Assembly (NCBI RefSeq): GCF_021869535.1
Contig: NW_026262679.1
Location: forward strand, 117,366,001-117,430,000
Origin: Mytilus californianus
Taxonomy: Eukaryota
Direction of reading: 5' to 3'
Length of the DNA: 64,000 nt
Of this stretch, positions 38,501-49,148 are shown piece by piece. How positions within the stretch are numbered: the first letter of the stretch is position 1; each line of letters opens with the position of its first letter. The notes under the pieces were generated by a model. It worked only from the letters and a program-made list of their open reading frames with translations, had not been told where the DNA came from and made no database searches. The position numbers were made by a program, and so were the translations under genes.

Positions 38501-41500
38501 AAAATTGCAAAAGTTATGGAGTATTTCTTTAATTATGTTATATGAGACACAGGATTTGCAATTTGTTTTAATTTCTTGTTCTCTATGTCAGACAAATCAA
38601 TCCCAGAGAGATGAAGTTTGTCTTCGTTTTTGCAAATGTTTCTTTTTCCAGATTGATCAAAAGAAGAATTAACTCATTATACAGTGATAAATATTACAAT
38701 AGTTTCAAGTTCTGTTGGATGTATCAATGATTTTAGAATTATCAACATTTTAGTACTCAGTCTGTGAGAAAAAAAAATGCAAAAAGAGAGACAGAAGATA
38801 CCAAAGAGGGAATCAAAACTCATAAGTCGATGAGAGACCGACAGAATCATGACATTAACGAAAAACGACGAGCAGTATATTCTCCACAGCATAAAAAATA
38901 AAGACTGAGCAACACGAACCACAACAAATCTGAGGATGACACCAGGTGCTTCTTGGGAGTAAGCATATGCTGCTCTTCATGTGACCCCGTCATGTTGTTC
39001 ATGGCAAGTACAAATTCGGTGTTCGGGGATGTAACAAGCGAGAAAAAGTGGACGGGAGAATGAACGTATCCGTGGTCATTTGTGACACAGATATTCCAGT
39101 TTCTTTGTCCTACAATGTATATGTTCTCCCATTTATTTGTATTGTGGTCCTGTCATGTGATGTTGTCGTTTTGGTGTTGTGTTTGACGTTGCCATTTAAG
39201 CGGGAGGTTTGGCATGCCACAAAACCAGGTTCAACCCACCATTTTTTTCTTAAAATATCCTGTACCAAGTCAGGAAAATGGCCATTGTTATATTATAGTT
39301 CGTTTCTGTGTGTGTTACATTTTAATGTTGTGTTTTTGTTGTGTCGTTGTTCTCCTCTTATATTTGATGCGTTTCCCTCAGTTTTAGTTTGTAACCCGGA
39401 TTTGTTTTTGTCTCTATCGATTTATAAGTTTCGAACAGCGGTATACTACTGTTGTTTTTATTCCATAACCACCAACAAACTCATTACTTCCGCCGTAAAA
39501 CTTCAAAAGGGACGATTTCAATTTGACCGTTAGGAATCCTTGGGGCAATACCTTTCTTGTTAGCAACAAGGAAATCATGATAGGAAACTCAGACTCTAAA
39601 CATCGTATCTACTGGGAGATATAGTCCATATGCAGGCGCTGCTGGAATGTTGTAGACATGGAAAATTCACAATTGGAAGCTGAAATCATATTTTTTCGTA
39701 AAGTTTTGTTCACGACCGACCCTCAGTATTAATTTCTAGATGTAAGTATAGATATGAGACAGCATTGACTGTATCTGTTGACCCGATGTTTGATGGAATA
39801 GATGTGATCAACATAGTAAAAAACATTCAATTATTTAGTGAGAGGACATCATCTTTATAGTGAAACGGGAAGTTAAAAGGTTTCATTTCATTCTTCCTGA
39901 GCAAAGGTTATGAGTATTTCCTTCATTCTTATAAGGTACACAGGAAATGCAAATTGTTTTCTTTTTGATCTGTCTTTCCAAACTACCATCTTTCAGGTAA
40001 AACAGAAAAGACAATTTCTGATAGTTGAAGATGATTCCCGGATTGTCTTGTTGAAGTACAGCCGTATCTGACTGGAACTGATTTACTGTGTGTTTTGATT
40101 TAACGACACATAGTTTAGAAAGGCAATACGGTGGATTTGCTTGTGCTTTCTGTAGCTGTACCATGATATTTCACAGGACCGTAACTACATTAAGGCAAAT
40201 GAGGCAAATGCCTCATGTTGGAAATTAAAAAAAAAAATAAGTTGACACAAATGCTTGTCTTCATATCAAATTGTTTCACGGTGAGTGTCTTGCAAGAAGC
40301 AAGTTGTGTTCACCCTCTGACATCGCCCCTGTTTTTTCGGGATCCATGTTTCACATTTATTTTTAGTTTTCAGTGTTGATTGTTTGTCGTTATGTGTCTA
40401 ATATCTGTTCCCAAGGTTGTCTTTTGTTCATTGGTTGCTTTTCTTTATGACTATTCTCCTAGTGTTGAATTACATTTGTAAATTAGTCATTTTGTTTTAA
40501 ACTTTTAAACTTGAGATTTATTATAATTCAGGACCTTTTGTCTAATTTTAAAAACTACTTTAAATTGTAAAAATATTTGAAATTAGCTCTCGCTTTTTTG
40601 TTCTATGTTCTATGTCGGCGTTAAGCGAACACCAATCAATCGACCTTGATGACTATGGCTTCAGTTGTCTAATATTCCTTGTTGTGAACGTTCATTCTCT
40701 GCTTTGCGTAGATTTAAGACTTGGGAAATATCTACAATGACCCGTGAACGGTGATGTGTGGTTTGGCAATGTTACATGCCCACCGATGTCCAGATAGTGT
40801 TTGAGAAAATGTTTTGAGAAGATACGATGCTACCGGAAATAGAAAAAATTGTCGTGTTTTCATGGAAAATTAAACTTTATATTAAAGAATACAAAACTGG
40901 CTCTCTTTTCTGCAAATAAAACTAAAAAGCTGACATGGATTAAATTTAGACAACCCAATCTCCCGGAATCAAATCATTTAAAAAGAAAATAATGTATTGT
41001 CATATGATCTTTTACATTGCAAGGCTAAACTTGCTTTAAGCCGTGTTCAGGCCCTAAAATTGAAAATAAAGGGATATGGAGTAAATGTGCATGGGACAAA
41101 ATCGCACACAATACATAAAAAAATACGAATTATCAATGAACAGGGCTTTTATTCCTGTTCTTCATCATGACAGTCGCTGGAGGGTCTTCAACAACGAACG
41201 AATCATTCATACCCTACAACAAGGGAAACTGTTCTTAGACCTCATTGCTACATTTTTGTGCAGTTTTAATATGTATACCGGCTGATTAATGCCGGATCTG
41301 TCTGTTCTGGTCTTGTATAAGGTCAAGACTTTGGTGTAATATTTTTGTGACTTTAAGATTTATTCACAGTACAATACTTTAATTACCGCTTAAGTCGACG
41401 CTAGGGCCATCTAGACCTTGTTGTAGGGTATGAATGATTCGTTCGTTGTTGAAGACCCTCCAGCGACTGTCATGATGAAGAACAGGAATAAAAGCCCTGT

Positions 41501-44500
41501 TCATTGATAATTCGTATTTTTTATGTATTGTGTGCGATTTTGTCCCATGCACATTTACTCCATATCCCTTTATTTTCAATTTTAGGGCCTGAACACGGCT
41601 TAAAGCAAGTTTAGCCTTTCAATGTAAAAGATCATATGACAATACATTATTTTCTTTTTAAATGATTTGATTCCGGGAGATTGGGTTGTCTAAATTTAAC
41701 CCATGTCAGCTTTTTAGTTTTATTTACAGAAAAGAGAGCCAGTTTTGTAATCTTTAATATATAGTTTAATTTTCCATGAAAACACGACAATTTTTTCTAT
41801 TTCCGGTAGCATCGTATCTTCTCAAAACATTTTCTTAAACACTATCTGGACATCGGTGGGCATGTAACATTGCCAAACCACACATCACCGTTCACGGGTC
41901 ATTGCAGATCTTTCCCAAGTCTTAAATCTACGCAAAGCAGAGAATGAACGTTCACAACAAGGAATATTAGACAACTGAAGCCATAGTCATCAAGGTCGAT
42001 TGATTGGTGTTCGCTTAACGCCGACATAGAACATAGAACAAAAAAGCGAGAGCTAATTTCAAATATTTTTACAATTTAAAGTAGTTTTTAAAATTAGACA
42101 AAAGGTCCTGAATTATAATAAATCTCAAGTTTAAAACAAAATGACTAATTTACAAATGTAATTCAACACTAGGAGAATAGTCATAAAGAAAGGCAACCAA
42201 TGAACAAAAGACAACCTTGGGAACAGATATTAGACACATAACGACAAACAATCAACACTGAAAACTAAAAATAAATGTGAAACATGGATCCCGAAAAAAC
42301 AGGGGCGATGTCAGAGGGTGAACACAACTTGCTTCTTGCAAGACACTCACCGTGAAGACAAGCATTTGTGTCAACTTATTTTTTTTTTAATTTCCAACAT
42401 GAGGCATTTGCCTCATTTGCCTCAATGTAGTTACGGCCCTGGATGTGGCCTGTTGTAGCCTGAAGAGTCGGGTGTTGGCGGTTGATGATGCCTGTTGTAA
42501 CGATGAAGAGTCGGGTGTTGGCGGTTGATGTGGTCTGTTGTAACCTGAAGAGTCGGGTGTTGGCGGTTGAGGTGGCCTGTTGTAACCTGAAGAGTCGGGT
42601 GTTGGCGGTTGAGGTGGCCTGTTGTAACCATGAAGAGTCGGGTGTAGGCGGTTGATGTGGCCTGTTGTAACATGAAGAGTCGGGTGTTGGCGGTTGATGA
42701 TGCCTGTTGTAACATGAAGAGTCGGGTGTAGGCGGTTGATGTGGCCTGTTGTAACCATGAAGAGTCGGGTGTTGGCGGTTGATGTGGCCTGTTGTAACCT
42801 GAAGAGTCGGGTGTTGGCGGTTGATGATGCCTGTTGTAACATGAAGAGTCGGGTGTAGGCGGTTGATGTGGCCTGTTGTAACCTGAAGAGTCGGGTGTTG
42901 GCGGTTGATGTGGCCTGTTGTAACATGCTGCACCGTTGTCCAATAGTTTTGTAATCCCTGGTATCCTTTGTATATTTTATTTCACGAATGCCATTCATAG
43001 CCTTTCAGTGATTACTGTATTATTTCACGAATGCCATTCATGGCCTGTCAGTGATGACTGTATTATTTCACGAATGCCATTCATGGTCTGTCAGTGATTA
43101 CTGTATTATTTCACGAATGCCATTCATGGCCTGTCAGTGATAACTGTATTATTTCACGAATGCCATTCATGGTCTGTCAGTGATTACTGTATTATTTCAC
43201 GAATGCCATTCATGGCCTGTCAGTGATAACTGTATTATTTCACGAATGCCATTCATGGTCTGTCAGTGATTACTGTATTATTTCACGAATGCCATTCATG
43301 GCCTGTCAGTGATTAAATCCCTTTTGCATAGTTTCTTTGAGTGTTCTCCTCCAATTTTATAGTGTAAATTTATATTGCTTATTATAAACTATTAAAGTTG
43401 TATGTCTGACAACGCATCGGGGACCAATTACAATGTATGTATAATGCTACACGCATATGGTATATGACAACATTTGTTGTTCAAAGGAAGATAACCAAAG
43501 TTTTTGATACGGTTTATGTTTATATGTATCCGTCTCCCCGACGCTCTCTATTTTTATCTATTTGGTGTACTGTTATATTCACCCACGACGGTGCCACATG
43601 TAGAGCAGGATCTGCTTACCCTTCCGGAGCACTCGAGATCACCCTGGGTTTTTGGTGGGGGTTCGTGTTGCTCAGTCTTTAGTTTTCTATGTTGTGTTTT
43701 GTGTACTATTGTTTGTCTTTTGATCTTTTTATTTTTTCCAATGGCGTTGTCAGTTTATTTCGTCTTATGATTTTGAATGTCCCTTTGATATCTTCGACCT
43801 ATCTTGACGTACTGTCATGGATTAAAGCACTCAATACAAAGAGTGTATTGTACTGTTTATTTACCATATGTACTATAGTTTATGGAGAGTCGTTGATCAC
43901 AATTGTATATCTTTATCGTTAAGAAGTATTCGGATTTATAGTTGCAGAGGAATTTACATTTTTATTTCTAGTTACAGGCGAAATGTCATTCAGACTTATA
44001 ATTACAGAGGAATCGATTCTATATTAGGCATATTTCTGTTTTAAAGAAGTGTCAGGATTTCTAGTTGAAAATAAATTATGATTTTTACTTTTTAAAGGAG
44101 TATTAGGATTTCTAGTTACGGAGGAAGTGACGGGCAACTACGGTATAACAGACCAGAGACTGGCGTTACAGTGGGTACAAAACAATATAGGCAGATTCGG
44201 AGGCGATAGAAGAAATGTATGTTATCTCTTAAACAAAGGTTGAAACAACAAAAGGAACAAACACAAATTGTTCGCCAAAAATAAAAACTATGGTTTATTT
44301 AAAATTAAAGAAATAGATAATATCAACAGTTCTTTTTTCAAAGTACAAAAACTAACACCAACACCACTAAAAAGTGTTAAAAACATACACACGTGCACGT
44401 GGTAGTCGTCGGATAATTGCGTCAGTAAGTTAAAAATGTCAGCATTCAAAATTGTTTGCATTAATATGCAAAGTGTGTAAAGTAGTTTACATAAATGACA

Positions 44501-45878
44501 ACAGTTTCTACGTATAATAATGAAATGGCAAATAAGAAAAAAAATGTTGATCGACGAGGAAATTGCATAGATAATTAGGATAATGAAAAGCAATGTATGC
44601 TGATTTTCAAGTCGTTCGATAGTTTCAACCTTTAGTTTTTATCTTTTTATTTTTTCAGCTTGTCCCTCTTACTTTAAGTACATTTCCAATCAGTTACAAT
44701 TTTCAAAAATTTTAAAAATTTTGTTGTATCGGTGAGTTACCAAGCGAGCCAACACATCTATTGGTTACTAGTACTATATTGTCACTATGTTATTTCATTG
44801 ATCTCCTGATTCATATAATTCTGCCTTCTGTATCAATGAGTTACAACTGACGACAATCAACCAGAACTCTACTGTTTTATCATTTTAGGTTACTCTCTTT
44901 GGCCATGGCGCTGGTGCAGTTTCTGTCGCAATACATATGACATCACCAAAATCTTTAGGACTCTTTCGAAATGCAATCCTTCAAAGTCTACCTTTTAGTT
45001 TACGTCTTAAGACTGTAGACCAAGCCAGGTTACAAGGACAGAATTTCTCAACAAAAGCAGGTTGTTCAGATATAGAATGTTTACGAAAAAAATCACCATG
45101 GGATATTTTAGATGCTCAAGTTAAAACGAGTTTACCTTCTGGAACCGTGTTACAACGATTACGGCCATGGGGTCCACATGTAGATGGAAACGATGTCGCA
45201 GGTGATATTCAAGCTGGCTTCCGGTTTGGCCGAGTACATGATATACCCCTTCTCATAGGGACAACAACAGCAGATGGTGCCGACATAGTCTTTAAAACCT
45301 ATCTCGAGCCATTAAATAGTGTCGCTTTTCGCACTATTCTAGCAACACTTAATCCCACTCAAGCTAGACTATCGTATACCTTATACACTCCACGATCAAA
45401 TGGCGATACTAGGCGAGAGTTAACTCAGTTTATCACAGATTTTGTTTATACGTGTCCTGCAAGAAGCTTTGCTTCTGACATGACTCGTATAAATAATACG
45501 TGGGTTTACGCTTTTGGTCGGAATATGGATTTTTTAGCCGGAAGTGGAAATTCTCCACATTGCGCGATCAGTGCGTGTCATGGTTCAGAACTTGCCTATT
45601 TATTCCAGAATATTAAGGATTTAGGATATAATTTTACAATGCCTGACATGCAACTGTCAGACGAAATCTTAATTTATTGGACTAATTTTGCTAAGCTGAA
45701 TAATCCTAACGGCAATTTAGACACGACCGAACCGGGAATGTTTAATTGGTACCAATATACAGGTATGCCGCCAGTTATTCGAGCAGTTCTTGGTATAGGG
45801 CACCCTCAGTCTTCAATCCAAACTGATTACAGGGGAAGGATTTGTAATATGTTTGGTAGTAATAACTTCAGGGCTTGA
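29482..45878 (+). CDS. Type-B carboxylesterase / cholinesterase-fold protein (crystal protein/D2-like), predicted non-catalytic; exons 29482-29575, 33363-33483, 33712-33901, 44098-44216, 44889-45878
   Basis: Phases are consistent. Motifs: [125 protein letters not shown]. No C-terminal transmembrane segment. Confidence 0.92.
30775..30965 (+). repeat. Interspersed repeat family B (gataccagg...gacgcgcgtttcgtctac...ctcatcagtgacgctc)
   Basis: Related copies at ~37113-37320, 37465-37640, 57085-57285 and 59193-59280. Confidence 0.8.
33078..33332. mobile_element. Kolobok-type (TTAA-target) MITE
   Basis: TTAA|ggtggtac ... gtaccacc|TTAA. Confidence 0.8.
33363..33483 (+). CDS. Carboxylesterase-like exon (WAHAIHP...CQEN)
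   Basis: ttttctcttgtag acceptor; donor gttagt; phases 2/0. Confidence 0.9.
33712..33901 (+). CDS. Carboxylesterase-like exon (MSENCH...HGGDF...NYRLG)
   Basis: tttttcttcag acceptor; donor gttagt; phases 0/1. Confidence 0.93.
34023..34308. mobile_element. MITE with ~47-bp perfect TIR and 7-bp TSD, inserted in the 5' end of a HINE-like element
   Basis: cacagggactcggttagcagattaaaattttgttaaacaatgttttt and its exact complement; GATCACC at 34016-34022 and 34309-34315. Confidence 0.85.
35765..36085. repeat. ~78-bp minisatellite (~4 copies)
   Basis: Unit ...ggtgactttgtctttggtgaacatgccaccacagcccaatcaaagacaaagagac...; explains ORFs 35740-36169. Confidence 0.8.
36440..37970. repeat. Degenerate ~60-bp tandem array (catctgtagaacaaagaggtgtgagag...) interrupted by families A and B
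   Basis: The motif recurs throughout 36440-37110 and 37690-37970. Confidence 0.65.
39530..39880 (-). pseudogene. Penelope-like element RT C-terminal relic
   Basis: Frameshifted minus-strand translation: [56 protein letters not shown]. Confidence 0.75.
40174..42441. repeat. Large inverted repeat (arms 40174-41223 and 41416-42441, 192-bp spacer)
   Basis: Arms are reverse complements from cagg(a/g)ccgtaactac to ctacaacaagg, with about 11 substitutions and two small indels by eye. Confidence 0.95.
42442..42925. repeat. 42-bp GC-rich minisatellite (~11.5 copies)
   Basis: Unit gatgtggcctgttgtaacctgaagagtcgggtgttggcggtt, with occasional 1-bp indels. Confidence 0.95.
42977..43315. repeat. 43-bp minisatellite (8 copies) with dimeric alternation
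   Basis: Unit atttcacgaatgccattcatgg(c/t)ctgtcagtgat(a/t)actgtatt. Confidence 0.95.
43590..43800 (+). repeat. Interspersed repeat family D (gagcaggatctgcttacccttccggagcac...gttcgtgttgctcagtc)
   Basis: Reverse-oriented relatives at ~38790-39000 and 49380-49515. Confidence 0.75.
44098..44216 (+). CDS. Carboxylesterase-like exon (VLGFLV...FGGDRRN)
   Basis: ttttaaag acceptor; donor gtatgt; phases 1/0. Confidence 0.93.
44889..45878 (+). CDS. Carboxylesterase-like last exon (VTLFGHGAG... to TGA)
   Basis: cattttag acceptor; 330 codons in frame with ORF 44937-45878. Confidence 0.93.
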   Translation, partial: VTLFGHGAGAVSVAIHMTSPKSLGLFRNAILQSLPFSLRLKTVDQARLQGQNFSTKAGCSDIECLRKKSPWDILDAQVKTSLPSGTVLQRLRPWGPHVDGNDVAGDIQAGFRFGRVHDIPLLIGTTTADGADIVFKTYLEPLNSVAFRTILATLNPTQARLSYTLYTPRSNGDTRRELTQFITDFVYTCPARSFASDMTRINNTWVYAFGRNMDFLAGSGNSPHCAISACHGSELAYLFQNIKDLGYNFTMPDMQLSDEILIYWTNFAKLNNPNGNLDTTEPGMFNWYQYTGMPPVIRAVLGIGHPQSSIQTDYRGRICNMFGSNNFRA

Positions 45879-45933
45879 TGCTGATATGTATTTAGTTTTA
45901 ATGCAATATACACCTATTTATTTATAGTAATCA

Positions 45934-45939
45934 AATAAA
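45934..45939 (+). terminator. Putative polyadenylation signal of the carboxylesterase-like gene
   Basis: AATAAA 55 nt after the stop codon. Confidence 0.5.
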
Positions 45940-47277
45940 CAATCGACAATCAGTATACTTATGCTTATATCTTTATAGGTAATGTTTGAGAAACACTGCT
46001 TCGTTAGCCTCTATCTAAATAAAAAAAAGTAAATCGCTCCTTGCAAGATATATAGTTATCCTTTCGAAGCATCTGGTGTCACTGCAGGATTTTACGGGAG
46101 TTTATTGTGTTTGTTGTTTTAAGTTGGACCACAAAATGAGAGTCAACATACTGTCTACAACAATAGACTAGTGTCTATAATATATGTCAAGTTTTAAAAA
46201 TCTTGTGAGTTTTTTTTTTTTATGTTAGTTGCTTTTAAGTGCAATAAATGCTAGTCAACATACTGTCTGCAACAATAGACTAATGTCTATATAATTTGTC
46301 CCAACTTTAAATAATCTTGGGCCAATAAAACAAAAGACTACAAGTGAATGTGAAAAAAAAAACCAATCAATGATCTGACATGAACACTAATTTCATTAAT
46401 GGGTAACCATGACAGGTCTAAGCAGCAACATTAACTAGGTTTCCGATTTGAGACAGTAAGCATATAAACATGTGGGGATAAATGTATTCAATGATGGACT
46501 TCATTTTCAAGCAAGACGCGTTTTTACAATAAAAATAAAGAGAAAACTATAACAAATAATCTAATGCGATATTCATATATTATATAGCAATAAGAAGATG
46601 TGGTATGAGTGCCAATGAGACAACTCTCCATCCAAGTCACAATGTGTAAAAAGTTAACAATTATAGGTCAAAGTACGGCCTTCAACACGGAGTCTTGGCG
46701 CACACCAAACAGCAAGCTATAAAGGGCCCCAAAATGACAAGTGTAAAATAATTCAAACAGGAAAACCAACGGTCTAATCTATATAAAAAAACGAGAAACA
46801 CTTATGAACCACATCAACAAACAAAACCACTGAACAACAGGCTCCTAACTTAGGACAGATGCAAACAAATGCAGCGGGTTTAAACGTTTTAACAGACGCC
46901 AACCTTCACCCTAACCTGAAACAGTAGTGTAACATTGCAACATAGAAAGACACAATATAAAATATCAATTGAAATGGCTTAACTCGATCAAAAAGACATA
47001 TTAGCAAACACAAGTAAACATACACTAAACGAATAAATTTGATCTATGACACAATATAAATATAATATTAATAAAAAAAGAAGGACATGTAAAACAATGT
47101 CAAAAATACAACTCTAACCTTGGTCAGAATGGCGTTTGATAAAACAACGTACACAGGTAAATTTAAATATCATCATTTTGTTTTTAGGATTTCGGAAATT
47201 TTTTTTACAAAATAAATAAATTTGTTGTTCATAGTACGAGTACAGAAGTGAAAATTTATCGTCATACTAAATACTTA

Positions 47278-47562
47278 TCAAAGGTGGAACATATTAAAAA
47301 TAGTGAGACGAGATATAACACAGAATACGAGTTTGGATATATAAACTCCATATGATGGAGCCAAAGGAACATCGCCGTCTAAAAAAGGAAAATTAACAAT
47401 ATGGAATGAAAAATCATCTCTTTTGTCGTAAATTTTAGTATGGAGTTTCCCTTTAGAATTTGAAATGTCTAAATCTAGAAAAGGACAAATACTGCTGTTT
47501 AAGTTAGATTTATTTAAAGTAAGTCCCTTTATATAGATATTTGCTTCTTTGCCTACCTCCAT
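47278..47562 (-). pseudogene. Penelope-like element RT C-terminal relic
   Basis: PFLDLDIS..KLHTKIYDKRDDFSFHIVNFPFLDGDVPLAPSYGVYIS motif. Confidence 0.8.
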
Positions 47563-48067
47563 TCAAGTTATGAGCGAATTTCAAATTACTGCATGTTTAC
47601 CTCATATTTTGTTTTTCAGTGTGCTTTTTGCAGTCCTAGTCTTGTGAATGAAGTAAATCAATCAAATGTCAGTATAGAATTACAGAATAAAACAATAAAC
47701 GTTGAATAAATATTTATAATACAAATAAGCAAGCGAAGTATTTACAAAAGAAAAAGATAAGATGCAAATTTCAATGCGTAAGATATGTGTTATCTTAGCA
47801 GTTGAAAAGAAAGAGTTTATTACTACACACACAAGAAAATTGAAAGAAGTGCTTAGTTTATTAATTAATGACACACGCATAGGAAAAGTAAAACTGTGAT
47901 GTGTAAATTCATGACACAAAATCATTATACGCCAATAAAAAGTTCAAAAGCAAAGGAACGGCTATTATATCGCTTTTCTTCGTCTCAAAGTCACTGTGAG
48001 TCCTATAATACGAGCAAAACTCTCACCACACCTCAAGTTAAAGATGGCTCCTCGTGGCGTTCTTAGC

Positions 48068-48188
48068 TACATCTATGCATTGAACCATGTTGACCATGCC
48101 ATTACATCTGTGCATTGAACCATGTCGACCACGCCATTACATCTATGCATTGAACCATGTCGACCACGCCATTACATCTATGCATTGA
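48068..48188. repeat. 35-bp tandem repeat (~3.5 copies)
   Basis: Unit tacatctatgcattgaaccatgtcgaccacgccat. Confidence 0.85.
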
Positions 48189-48819
48189 AGAACACAACTA
48201 CGTATACAAATCAATAAATCATAGATTGTATCTATATAACAAAGAAATGGATACAAATAGCAATCATTTAGAAAATTACGGAGCACGTAAAGATATATAT
48301 TAGGGGACGACCTTTGATTTAAGTTGGGGTTGCAGGACCAGGACAGGAAATTTCCTTCTTCTTCTTCTTCTTCTACTATTGGATATCCACCCTATATTAT
48401 AATAAAAGTATTCATCATAAGTTAAACTGTTAATCCTGAACAACACTCCTGTGGGCTTAAGAAAAACAGTAATTTTATGAGATGAAATAATGTATGAACA
48501 GAACAAAGTATTCGGTGGCCTGTTAAACAATTTCAACAAACTGAAAGAAAGCGATAAAACGAACAAGCACACATAATATAATTCAACCTTAGAATGAATA
48601 GGTCATAATTATGTATGACCTAGAACGAAACTTTGGAAAGGAAATATGAAAACATTTGAAAGCAGAAAACGCATTTGAACAGAACAGTCTAAACCATTCT
48701 TTGCAAGCGACTGAGCGAGTTGCAACCTTAGATTTACAAAATTTGTGTATTGCAATTGTTTTTTTTCTGGCTATTCCTACCATTTCGAATTTATAGATAA
48801 AATATTTAAAAAAGTAAAA

Positions 48820-49140
48820 TAACAAAAATACCGAACTCCAAGGAAAATTCAAATCGGAAAGTCCCTTATAAAATGACAAAATCAAAAGCTCAAACACATC
48901 AAACGAGTGGAAAACAACTGGAATATTCCTGACTTGGTACAGGCATTTCCTTATGTAGAAAATGGTGGATTAAACCTGGTTTTATAGCTAGCTAAACCTC
49001 TCACTTGTATGACAATCGCATAAAATTTCATTATTTTGACAACAATGTGTGAACAAAACAAACAGACATAATAGGTAAAAATGTCAAAAATAGGGGTACA
49101 GCAGTCAAGGTTGTGTTATAATCTTATTCACTATGTTATA
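48820..49140 (+). repeat. Interspersed repeat family C (ccgaactccaaggaaaattcaaatcggaaagtccc...)
   Basis: A shorter relative lies at ~55290-55350; this copy abuts the gypsy 5' end. Confidence 0.7.
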
Positions 49141-49148
49141 TTAAAATT

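Noticed and set aside
39048-39533. 161-aa ORF; likewise 37494-37955, 43437-43922 and 48589-48897
   Set aside because: Read through interspersed repeat families with low-complexity hydrophobic translations and no domain motifs.
39883-40164. 93-aa ORF with VLQQDNPG, reminiscent of the Tc1 QQDN motif
   Set aside because: No other DDE motifs are recognisable; a four-residue match is insufficient.
42376-42998. Three overlapping 170-203 aa ORFs as a repetitive protein gene
   Set aside because: The 42-bp unit lacks stop triplets on the minus strand, units have 1-bp indels, and there are no splice signals or sensible start.
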